A stretch of 64,000 nucleotides of DNA. Source: Daphnia carinata (Eukaryota). Location: positions 12,152,001 through 12,216,000 of the forward strand of contig NC_081333.1 of assembly GCF_022539665.2 (NCBI RefSeq). The letters run 5' to 3'. Below the pieces are notes generated by a model. That model did no database searches and was not told where the DNA came from. It worked only from the letters and a program-made list of their open reading frames with translations. The position numbers were made by a program, and so were the translations under genes. Positions 1 to 11,840 of the stretch are shown here, piece after piece. Position 1 is the first letter of the stretch, and every line of letters begins with the position of its first letter.

Positions 1-1447
1 AGGAAATTCGTTAATAAGGGCGTACAAGACAACAACCTGCGGCTTTACACCTACGTTGTCCTTCGTTAACTTAATTGTAATGCTATAATTCTGCTTTTTC
101 ATCAGGTTCACATTTACAACCAAGAGTCTTGCGGTAATGTCCGGAAAACTGAAGCCCCGGTAAATTTGAGAGAAATCAGTATTCGGCCACGTCTAGCAAA
201 TCGATCGATTCCAAAACCTGTTGGCCCCAAAAAATTACCATTACTTTTGAAAAATCGTCATTTTCTTGACACAACTTTCATGTGTGTCAAGGCTTTCAAT
301 AAGAGCGATTTAGTTGTGAGACAGTAAGTCTATTTCTTAGTTTTGACCTTTATTCTGGATAAACAATTTGCTTATTCTAGCGTTATAACTATTTTTAATA
401 TGACAGGAAACCGACTAGCTTGGATTTACCAAATTCTTCCGCAGTGAATAAAAACCACAGGACGCCCAGTCCACCGTCATCACAATCTCCCAGGTATGTC
501 GCTATTTGAAATGATTTAGTTTTGGCGCTCTCGAAAAATGGGGTTTTGAAGATATTGAGTACGCCAATAGATGGCGTTATTAGTACACAAATGAAAGAAT
601 TAGCAACGAAACCAATAATAGTAAAATATGGGGCCACCAGATGTCTTTTCAGAGCCCCATGACGTTAAAAAAATAGAAATAAAATCAATCTTGTTATTCA
701 AAAACGTGTACATGAGTTCATTAGATGTGCTTTCGTTTCAGTCGATATGGCCGATATGACGACAAGTCACCTGCATCTCGAAATCGGACACCCTTGCCGA
801 AACAATCACCTAGTAACCCGGTAACCGAACGAAGCGTTTCTCCTAATTCTAATGGTGCTTCGCCTGACAAGATTAACATACAAGTGACAGAATGGAATAG
901 AAAATCATCTGAGCCTCCCAAGTAAAATATGTAATTCTAAAAGTATTTGATGGCAATTTTTATTGGTTTTCTTTTTAGGTATGGGCTGTCAAAACCTGTG
1001 GGTCCGAAAGTCAATGCACAACCCACATACACAGGCTATTCCATGGCAAAACCGTCAAACCAACGGCAGATTGCTAAAGAAATAGAGAAAAAAGCTGTGG
1101 AACTTGGCAAAACTTCAAATGAAGAAGATGCTGCACCATTCAATTTTCAAGTACTTTGTATATTATATAACAATGACAGTGTGATATTAACTGACTATTT
1201 TGTTTGGCACAAGGGGATGCTTAAAAAAACCAACTATAGTAGAGATTCATTGAAAAGACAGAATGGTGAAAAAGCCAACGGTGAAACTAACTTTGGCAAT
1301 AGGGCTACAAGCCCATCAGTTGTATATCAGTCAAAACCAGGATATTCACCAACCAACATTAAAATCAGTCACCAAGCCCCATCACCAACCCTTAAGCACC
1401 AGATCATCCCAGGACTGGTCATTGAAGGAGAAGAAGCAGACCTTTGA
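1..1447 (+). CDS. ninaC: 3' part of a spliced gene, probably the C-terminal tail of a class III myosin (NINAC-like); 5' end lies outside the window
   Basis: Phase-consistent GT-AG exons are <1-54, 106-323, 407-493, 742-921, 979-1150 and 1214-1447 (TGA). The tail is Ser/Pro-rich and contains ...EEDAAPFNFQ|GMLKKTNYSRDSLKR... It ends IIPGLVIEGEEADL*, resembling the recalled arthropod NINAC tail motif (PFNFQxMLRKT) and C-terminus (..EGYAVDI). The kinase and motor domains are not in the window, so the name is an inference. Confidence 0.6.
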
Positions 1448-4400
1448 AGTTTCAATGAATCTCCATTTGTAAGAATATTTTTCTCTTTTTTTTTTACCAC
1501 TTATTCGGGGGTTATCTATTCTCTTGCGCTAGTACTAGCTTAGCAATTTACTTGAACCCCACATTGACGTCAGGAAAGTATAGGCAAATTCCATCTAAAA
1601 ATCTTTGCGGTATGCTTTGCAAATTTTTCGTACAGCCAGTAGACCGAGACAGCAATCAGGACCATCCATAAGGCACTCGAAGCTTTTCGTCCCATTCCAC
1701 TTTTAGATGCCCGGAGATATCATGTTGCGCGGATTTCGGTGAAAAATATCTCTATTCTAATGAATGGAGAAAAAAACAAAAATGAAGAAGCAAATTATTG
1801 CTTGTCACTGCGGAAGTTTGCACCTGTTACCTGTTAGCTAATTTACTTTAAAGAGACGGCATACTGTCAGAGAAGTAAATGCTTAGTAGCAGACCTAGTC
1901 GACCTGTTTACCCTGTAGTTAACTCAGAGAAAACAATAAGCATTTCTGATACTTTATTCTGGAAATTGTCTGGCTCCAACAAGAAATTCCAGTCCATCTT
2001 TTTTCTTTACGGAAAACAGTGAGAAGCAATGGATTAGTTGGAATTGCAAGTGTTACAGAGCCTGATCGTTTTGAAGGTCTTGTGTAATCTGTGTAGAGCG
2101 TGGGACAGGTGTGTTCGCCTTCTTTGTTATTCTAAGAAAAACCAAAACCTTCTGGCTAAACTGAAGGTGTCGAGAAATAAAATGGTAGGACAAAAACAAA
2201 AACAAACCGTGTATACCGGTCAGCCTTATCGTAACACCAATGAACCGTAAAAAATTTCCGTTAATTTCTCTTCAAGGCCGTGATTATAACTATTCCTGGC
2301 GATTCACCTGTATTCTCCTCAGTCTTTCATGAAGCCCGCAGGGTCAAGAAGAAAAGGCAAGATGCGCTAGTTGAAATGTTCAATAGATGGCCCTTTTTGT
2401 TCGTGAAGGCAATTTAATTTTACTTTCACGCCAGCGGATTAGGTTGTTAGTCCCGAAAAACTTTTTCGTCTTTTCTCAGTCTACTTATTTATCGCCTTTT
2501 CCTCTTGTTCTTTCTCTTTTTTTTTTTTCGTTCCAATTCAGAATCGTTTCATTGTTGCCTTTTTATTTACGAATTTTTTATTATTTGCTGGCAATGGTCG
2601 TCGTCCTTCGCGCTGCTAATCGTCGTGGCTGTAAACTCGAATACGATCAGCCGTTTCAAACACACACACACACGCAAAAAGAATTCCATACGAAAATTGA
2701 AAAATAAAATAATTGAAATGGAAACGTTGGCGGCACCCAAGTGTTGAGAGAAACTCTTTCGTTGTCTTAAAACACTTATTTTTTTTTGTGGTGTGCACTG
2801 TGTGTGTCTCTGTCGGTTCTCTTTCCCTCTTCATCCTCCCGAACAACACCTGAGCGACGAGTTAAAAAAAAAAAAAAAACCTAGAGATAGAGAGAAAAAG
2901 AAGACTCTTGCTAGATATACCCGAAGGCTAAGGGGCTATATCATTAAGATAGAAGAAAAGAGCCGACCTGAGAGAATAAAGAAGATGAGGCAAAGGTGGA
3001 AAATACTTTTTTAAACACATTTTTCGAGAGCGTCGGCCGCGGAAAGAAATTTAAAAAAAAAGAGTGGGGATTATTTTCGGCATATATGGCGCTTAATCTC
3101 GGTTGTATAACGATTAGATGGGAGGCTCGAGTTGGCGGCTGGCGCGTAAGAAGACGGGAATAAAAAGTATGGACGAAGGAATTTTTTCGAGGAAACAAAA
3201 AAAAGCGATAGAAAAGACCGTGGCGACGATGACTACGAAACAAAAAAAAAATTTATGAAAGAAAAGAAGAAGAACTGCCACGTAATAAATTTTTCCTTTC
3301 CTTTTTTTTTTTCATTTTGAAATGCAGCGAAAAAAAAAGGAGAGACAAGTGGCGCTGCGTGTAGTCGGGATATGCGAGTGTGAAACGTAACGTGTGATGG
3401 AGAGCGCTCTCCTTCTGGTCTCCAACGTGAATCCATGACTGATGTTCTAATTATAAAAAATGTGAAGAGTTAGTTCCCCTCTTTTTATTTTTATTTTTTT
3501 TTTTTGCTTTGTGATACGCACCTGCCGCCTCATTCCCCCCACTACCCTCTGCATACCCTTCCCCCCATTTTCACCGGCCTCTTCTGCAGCTTCCTACCTT
3601 TATGACGCCCGAATGTAATGTAATAACCGCCATTAGTGCAGTGCGTACTACTGTACTTACATCTATTCCACTATCTCTCCCAGACTGTGGTCTTTCTTTC
3701 GTCTTCTTGTTTTTTTTCTATAAATCCCCCCCCCCCCTTTTTTTTTTCTTCGTCCTTTTTTTTTCATGTCCGTGTACGTTGCGTCCCATCCATCTTTTTC
3801 GCTGCTGTTGCGCAGCTCTTGCGTGCTGCCCTTTTTTTTTTTTCGTTTCCATGTTCTTCTTCATCATCATCATCCAGCAGCCCATCTTCGGCTTTTTGCT
3901 TCTTGAATAACATCTTATAATGTCAGCAGCTGCTGGATATGCCCGTCTTTTTCACGCCCCCGCCCTCTGGTTTCACAGATATCGCATTTCATTACATTAC
4001 AGATAGCTCCTTTTCCTTTTTTTTTCTTGTCCTATCCTTCGGGGTGGTGTCTTTGGAAAAAGAAAAAGCTTAAAATGGTTTTTTATTTTCTTCTCCTTTT
4101 TTTGTCGGCAACATCGTAAGGGAAAAATCTCGGATGGGTGTGTTGAAAAAAACAGCTGTGACGTCATGTATGAAAATGGGCAAACCCTTTTGAATGTTCA
4201 ATAAAATTTCGGGCATGTGTACATTCAACACGCACTTGAAGAAAAAACCAAACAAAAAGGAAATAAGGAAAAGGGTTTTTTTTTGTTTTGGATAAGACAC
4301 GAGATAAAAAAAAATTTAAACTTGAAGGTCCTCTTCGTTTGTTTTGTTTAGCTTTTTTTTTATTCTCCGGATATTTCTTTAGTATCTTAATATCTAAAGC

Positions 4401-6810
4401 AAATAAGACGACCCACGTCGGCATCTCTTTTTCCCTCTCTTTATCGTCTCCTTGAAGCCGTGAACGAAACAAATGTTAAAAAAAAAAAAAAAAAGAAAAG
4501 GTTCCGGCCGGACGGGTACGAAGAATGAAGCACACGGAAGCTTCTCCATCCGCCGACAAAAGAAGATGCGCTCAACAACAAACACAAACAACAACAACAA
4601 AGAAATTTTTAAAGAAAAATTCACGAATACAACAGCAAATGAGTGTGTGTGTGTGTGTGTGTATAACATACACACACACATCCTTGGTCATCCTATCGGG
4701 CCACATTTTCCGCCTTTGTAGATTGCCGCCGACAAAAAGCAACTGTTGGGCTTCCTTTTAATAATACTAATGACATCCCACCCACACACCCGCACCACCA
4801 CATTTTCGTTTAAAGGAGTGGGAGGTAGGGAGGGGGGGATATTTTTCGGATAAAATTGTCTTATAATACTATGTGTAATAAGAACTTCAAAGAGCCCGAC
4901 CGCCTCGTAGACGTCGTATCCAACAAGATATTCAGGGGTCATCGTCAATGGATTCCGCGTTTATTAAATCATCTGCACGAAAATAAAACATAAAAAAATG
5001 GAAGGGGGGGGGGGGGACGAAATAAAAAAAGGGGAAAATAAATCATTTGTATTCGTGTGTGTTCTTCCTCTTTCACACACTTTCTTATCTTGCCGACTTA
5101 TGGCTCAATCAGCGTGATCATTTACGCTTTGCGCGTCCTCTCTAATTCCAAGTCCGACATCCGGCCGGATGCCCCGACGGTGAGTTTTTTTTATATTTTA
5201 TTTTATTCTTACAAAGAGATAAAAAAAATGTTGAAATGTAGCGCATCTTGTGCCGAAAGAAATGAACACGGCGAGACAATGTCATTACAAGGTGAAGACA
5301 TACGAGTAGAACGTGCAATCGTTCGTGATTCACGTTTTGGAAAAAAGAAAAAAAAAGACCACACCGACTGTCGGGATGAATTAAAATTAAGCGTCCGTTT
5401 TTACGTATATATTTTTGCATTAGCGGTTGTGCACTCGAGTGGAAGAAGATTTTTTATTTTTTTGTAGCGTGAGTCCTTTTCCGCTCGATAGCCGTCGGCG
5501 TTGCTCTTTCAAAGCTCACGTAACGTTTCGCCGCCGTGCAAATTTGCGGTAAAATGAAAGTCGTGTTGTTTTTTTTTTTCTTCTTCTTCTTCGTCTTTTC
5601 TCGTGCGTTTTGCGCCACCAAGGGCGGGCGTCGTCGATTATCCCTTCGTTTTCTGGCAACAACAAACAAAAAAAAAGCGACGAAGACGCGCAACACACAT
5701 ACACACACGACCAAACGAACAGGAACTGCTACGTCGGACACGGACGAGAGCGTGAAAGGCTACGTCAGACGAGAGGGCACCGACAAAGCGGCCGAAAAAT
5801 GCTGTTGGTGTGTATATATTTAGCAGATGGCGGAGGGGGGGCGTCGCTATTTTGTCGACATTCAAAAACGAGAATATGCAGAGACGCTGGTTGTATACGA
5901 AGGGATAGAAACTAGGCGAAGAAGATCTGTCTAATTAACGGCTAACAAGAAAGAAGAGCGACACAAACGAGAATAATAACAAGTTTTTTTTAGAGCCAGT
6001 CAGCGGCGCCTTCAGGTAAGAAGAAAATCCCCCTTCCTTTTTTTTCTTGTTGTTTTCCCCCTTCCCTCTTTTTTTTTTTTTTTTTTTTTTTTTTGAATTC
6101 TTGATTATGTTCTCCTTTTATGACGAGTCCATTCTCATTATATTTCCAGTCGAAAAGAAAAATTTTTTGAATAATACAACATTTTTTTGTTGAGTGAAAT
6201 CTCGTTCGTTCAGTTTTTTTTTTTTGTTTTTTTTTTTTCTATTTCTCTGACCGAACGTGATATTTTCTCTTGGCAACGTTATTGTTTTCTCATTAAATGT
6301 GGAATTTTATTTTTCTCTTACAAATAAAAAATAATAATAATAAAAAAAGTGCATTCTTTTGAAATATATAGGTTCTTGCTGTCGTTCAGAGTCAAATGAG
6401 TCGGAATGAAACAATCGTGCTGACTCGATGTTTGATAATCAAGTTCTTTCTTGTTTTCAATTCCTTCTGTTCAAAACTCTGGAATAACTCGTCGATGAAA
6501 ATCACTGAGAACGCCATCCAATTAGGTGGATGTGCAATGATGTCGGTCTTCCACAGAGAAACGTGACTCTTTTCTTGTTTTCATTCTCCCTTGTTTTGTT
6601 TTTTAACAAACCGCCGCTGTTGACGACAAAGCATGTTACGAAATCCAGGACCTGACAAGGACAAATAAAAATTCGAAGGTGAACTTGTTTTTCTTTTCTT
6701 ATAGATTTACCTTTTTATCCATTGAATACTCGTTGTTCAACTCTCAACGAGACTACCATTTGAAACATTTTGTTTTATAGACAACCGCTGTTTTCTGCTT
6801 TAGTTCACTA

Positions 6811-8833
6811 AAAGTCGGGCTTAAACCGTCGGGCGTAAAACGTCGGGCTTAAATACCGTCTACATCGTTTTTTTTTGCTAAACACGAAAAATACAGCGAA
6901 TGCATGATTTGCATTCAAAATTAAACGAGAATTGCGAATAAAAATAATTTTTTTACATTGAACTTATTCTTTTTCAAATAAAGATAAAAACGTGTTATCA
7001 AAGCTATTGCGCTAGCACGTTCCGGCGCATGCGTTCTACATCGCATTTATCCAGTATATTTCAAAAGCTGTTCATTTGACGAAAAAATGAATCAAATTTT
7101 CTGAATCAGCATTAAATTCTGAGTATATTGTGGGATTTTTAACGTATTTCAAGAGATATTGATTTTTCGTTGATTTTGACAAAAGTGAGAAGGCTATAGC
7201 CTTCCCACTTTTTCATTTTTGGCTAAATTCTAGATATCGTTTAAGATGCATGCTTTCCATTCTAAATTGAACGAGGATTACGAATATTGACGTTATTTCT
7301 ATGGGAAACGTGTGGTTTTTTTTAATAAATGTAAAAAACGGATTAACAAAGTTGTTGCGCTCGCCCGTCAAAGCGCTAGCGTTTCTACATCATATTTATT
7401 GAGTGTATTTCAAAAGCAATTGATTTGACGAAAAAACCAATCACTTTTCTTGAATCAGCATTAAATTCAGAGTATAATTGAGTGATTTTTTAATGAATTT
7501 CAAGACCTTTCGATTTTTTATTATGCCTGAAAATAAGCCCGACAAAATAAGCCCGACATTTTTTGTAGTAATCACTTCATCGTTCAAAATCTACATGGAA
7601 CTATGAAAATTCATGATTTGGAATCACGATTGAACGAGAATAACGAGCATTAAGTTTGTTTATAACATTGGGCTTATGGTTTTGTCATATAAAACCCAGA
7701 AAACGGATGGGTAATGCTGGCGAGCAAAGCCTCATTTTGGTTCCGAATATTCATGTATTGGCTGGTTTAATGAGAAAATGAATCATATTTTCTGAATCAG
7801 CATTTAATGCTGAGTATACCGTGTGATTTTTAACGTATTCCAAGAGCTTTCGAATTTTTGCTGATTTTGACAAAAGTGAGAAGGCTATAGCCTTCCCACT
7901 TTTTCATTTTTGGCTAAAATCTAGATATCGTTAAAAATGCATGTTTTCTATTCTAAATTGAACGAGAATCACGAATATCGGCTTTATTTTTACATGGGAC
8001 TAGTGGTTTTTTAAATAAAGGTAAAAAACGGGTTAACCAAGTTGTTGCGCTAGCCCGTTACAGCGCTAGCGTTCTACACCATATTTATTCAGTGTATTTC
8101 AAAAGCAATTGATTTGAAGAAAAAACGAATCACTATTCCTGAATCAGCATTAAATTATGAGTATTACTATATGATTTTTAGCGTATTCCATGAGATTTCG
8201 ATTTTTGGCTGATTTTGACAAAAGTGAGAAGCCTTCTCACTTTTTCATTTTTGGTTAAATTCTAAATTTAGTTGAATATAGATGGCTTTGGTTCAAAATC
8301 GACCCTGCATCTCAAAAATGAAGCTTATTTTTGCGCTAGGGCTATAGTTTTTGAAGAAAACGTAGAAAACAGAAGAATTTAGTTGTTGCGCTTACATACG
8401 CTAATGTACGGAATTTGATACAATTTTTATAGACAATCACTTCTGTGGCTCAACATTTATTTCGATAATTAGATAATAATTTTATTTTAAACGTCGATTT
8501 ATTTTAAAATCCTTATCAAAGTAAAAGTTTTAAACCCGTCCTTTTTCGCGAAAGAGATGACCGTAAAAAATAAGCCCGACTAAATAAACCCGACGAGATT
8601 TTTTTTATTCTTGACCAAATGCTTAACTGATTTGACGAAAAAACGAATTCTTTTTTCTGAATCTGAATCAAATTTGGAGTATGGTGTGTGCTTTTTGATA
8701 ACAAATTTCGAGACAAAATTTCACATTCGCTTTTTGTAGAAAAACTTGGGCTTAAAAAGTCGGGCTTAAAAGTCGGGATTAAACGTCGGGTATAAAGTCG
8801 GGCTTCAAAGTCGGGCCTAACATCAGACATACA
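6811..8833. mobile_element. Composite non-coding repeat, probable non-autonomous DNA transposon relic, with ~345-bp internal tandem units and short motif arrays
   Basis: Anchor TGAATCAGCATT recurs at ~7102, 7452, 7793 and 8140, with a degenerate copy at ~8658. The block GATTTTGACAAAAGTGAGAAG...CACTTTTTCATTTTTGG recurs at ~7172, 7863 and 8211. GTCGGG(C) arrays lie at 6814/6828/6842 and 8759/8772/8785/8797/8810, with inverted copies at 7537/7551 and 8574/8588. There is no transposase ORF and I could not identify a TSD. Confidence 0.6.
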
Positions 8834-10343
8834 ATCAAAATATAGCCTACCGTCTTCGCTACAGATTGAAAATTCAACGAAGGTGACGGAAATCGAGCTC
8901 GTTTTATTTTAGATTTACATTTTATGAGTTATTCATGAGAAGTTAAACCATCCATGTTTTTTTTCTCTCTTCTTTCTTCGTGTTCTTTCCGCTCTCCTTT
9001 TGTCTTCGATTTGCCCCAGGGACATGCAGGTAAAAGTACACACCTAACGATTTCCAGGTGCGTTGCAAATAATGGTATGTATCATGGAGCTGTTGCACTT
9101 TTAGTTGTTTTGTTTTTTTTTCCACGTCGTTTTAACACCATCAAATGCGGGCATTATGTTGACCATTTCGGTTAATCTTTTTTTTTCCTTCAGCAATCAG
9201 CTGTTGCAACATAACGGTTCTAACACCGTTCCCTTTTGTCCGTCTAGACCGTGAAATGTTATTTGTTCTATCCGAATCAAAAGGGCGAACAAACAAATGT
9301 TTCTTTTTTAAACAAATTCGATTTCTTTTCAAGTAGAAATTCACAGGGGTGTTTTTTATTCGAATCTGGCATGCAATATATCTGGCACAAAACACAATTT
9401 TTAAGAAACAAAACACACGCCAATCTCTATGTAAAGAAATACAGGTATACACATGTTATACAATTGGTTTAGGCATTACATTCACATTTCTTTCACTATG
9501 ATACACACATCGCGCAGAGAAAAATATGTACAGGTCGGGTTGTTATAAAATCGTATAAATCTTAATGACCTCATTCTTTTTCCTCATTCTACCTCTTTTT
9601 TTTTTTTTTTTCCTCGTTTGGTTTCTTTTTTCTTTCTCTTTTCTTTTTTGTTTTTACCTTTACCGAACTTTACGATTTAATGACACGCTAACATTTGCAT
9701 TATGTCGACCGTTAAAAAACGTCTTCGTTTACACATGCGGAAAATGTTTCTTCTTGCTTCCTTTTCGATAACTATAATACTCGGCGTGGGATTGGAGGGT
9801 GGGAACATATCACGTGAAGAAAGAGGAACAGGTGAAAAAGACAAGAAGAAAAAAAAAAAAAAACTCTTTGATTTTCGATTTTTTGCATAGTTAAAAAACA
9901 ACGGCGAATTGCGGGGAACTGTTCGATAACATCCAACATCTACTTGATTTGGTAGTATTTGAAAAAAAAAAAAAAAAAAAAGGCGGCCTAAAGGAGGGGG
10001 GTAACAATAATATCAGGAGTCTTCTGACGGGGGGTTTTCCTCGTTACTCTTTTTGGCGAAGAATGCCAAAATAAAAATGTATGTACATTTATATTTAAAA
10101 GAAAAAAAAATGTTTGAGGCTCTGATTACAAAAAAAAAACAAAAAACAGTAACACCAAAATGACTGCGCCGAGAGAAATGGGTTCGAACGTTGAAGAACC
10201 GAAAACATTTTGAAAAAAAAAAAAATGCCATTGATATGTACAAATCCATTTTCCGTAAATCTATGTGCATATATAATAAGGTGGAGAAGACGGGGATATA
10301 CAGAGCGAACAAACCGCAGAAACCACTAGGTGTGCAGGAGAGA

Positions 10344-11840
10344 TTACACAACGCTGATTGGCTTGTAACAGCGTGTTGTCGTTCTCGGCAGGCTGTTAGA
10401 CGGACGGGATTGCGTGGATGTCGCCTGCTGATGATTCTCTTGGTTGATGGGCGGCAAGAGGACCAGCGTGACGTCGTGTCGGCCGATGTTGCACAGTGAC
10501 GAGACGAGATTTTGTACGGTCGAGTCCTCGCGTTTGGCCCAGTCACCGAACAGATGCCTCGTAGGACCCGTCTGCTTCTCCAGCGCCCGCTGTTCGAACG
10601 ATGCGATGCGGGTCGATGTGTAACCTGTTGAACCGAGAGAAAACACGACATTTTAGTTTACACGTCAGAGAAAGACAATAGGCCGTCAACACGAAAAATA
10701 AAACAAAAAAAAAAACAAGGAAAGATTGATGGACATACCGAGATCGCGGGCTAAAGCTTTCCAGTCGTGATGGTCTCGACGGGCGTTCAACATGGCCTCC
10801 ATCTCGCGCCGTTTTGCCGTGCAGATTTCGCGCAGCCGAGTCTCTTGAGTAACTGGAGCAAAAGAAATAAAAAAAAAACAGGTTAGTTTTTTAAATGATT
10901 TAAACATTACAAAATCGTGAGAAATAATTGGATTCAATGGAAAATGTATCACTTACTCGGCTTGATCTCGCGGCCGTAGCCGTCGCTGCCGGGCGCTGCC
11001 ATTCCGGCGTTGAACTCAGAATCAGATCCACGGGATCCGCGTGAACCGCCTTCCGATCCGCCTTGTCCGTGCAAGGCTGGATGTTGTTGATGCAGCCGCC
11101 GGCTGCTGGAACTGGGTGAGATCTCGCACTCGAACTTGTTATGGCCCCCAGTCGGCGATTTGGAGCCGCAAAATTCGTTGTTGGCTGCGTGATGGCCGGC
11201 CGTTCCGTTGAGGGGGACCGTCGCCGAACTGCCGTGATGTCCTCTAGCGGGATCGTGAAAGTGAGCCAACTTGTTGGCCGCCTTCCTCAGACGCCATTGC
11301 TTCATCACGACATAGATGAGCAGGCCTGCCAAGATCAAAGAATTTTTGTTTTGTTTAACTCAGGTGTACATGACGACGGCATACGACAGGGGGGTAGGGA
11401 AATTTCCCTTTTTTTTTTCAAAAGATTTTGCATCGTCATTTTTTCTTTTTTTTTTTTTTTTGTCAGAAAAAAAAATATTATTTATGAAAATGAAAGAGGC
11501 AGCATTTGTACGACCGACTGACACGCGCCAAATGCCGCCCTGTTAAATATGCATGATTCTCTTTCGGTCGAGTGCGTGAACATTTGCAATACAAAAAAAA
11601 AAAATAAATGGATCCTCTCCTTTAATTTTTCTTTTTCAAAGACATAAATTTTTGCTGACAAAAGGGAAGAGTAGAAATTGAGGAGAAAAAAAATGAAAAA
11701 TTTACCGAGAACGATGGCTCCCAGAATAGCGCAGTAGACGGAGATGATGCCTTCATTGTTGTATTCTTCTTCTTGCTGGTGGACGACCGGATCTAGCGGT
11801 TTGGTGATGACTCGACGGCTAGGATGGCCCATATCTTTAT
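10344..11840 (-). CDS. NGFR: p75NTR-like exons 3-6 (stalk, TM, juxtamembrane region, death domain)
   Basis: Exons 11840-11706, 11325-10957, 10852-10739 and 10624-10344 are joined by phase-1 introns. They encode the p75-type TM helix and death domain. Confidence 0.92.

Noticed and set aside
2351..2400. AGGCAAGATG resembles the 5' end of miR-31
   Set aside because: Only ~10 nt match and the flanking sequence does not form a convincing precursor hairpin.
2387..5915. Many 60-136 aa ORFs rich in F, K or alternating CV/HT
   Set aside because: These are translations of poly-T, poly-A and (CA)n tracts, with no domain signal or coherent exon chain. The same applies to most ORFs in 12000-31900 and 39000-62000.
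8746..8820. Short regularly spaced repeats, superficially CRISPR-like or telomeric
   Set aside because: Units are 12-13 bp with no unique spacers and no cas genes, in a eukaryotic context. They are not TTAGG-type telomeric repeats.
8516..8830. 104-aa ORF with repeated PDF/PTF motifs
   Set aside because: It is the translation of the GTCGGG motif array in the repeat, not a transposase or real protein.
10013..10651. 212-aa minus-strand ORF overlapping the last p75 exon
   Set aside because: It is an alternative frame running into the low-complexity 3' UTR. The death-domain frame (stop at 10344) is the one consistent with splicing.
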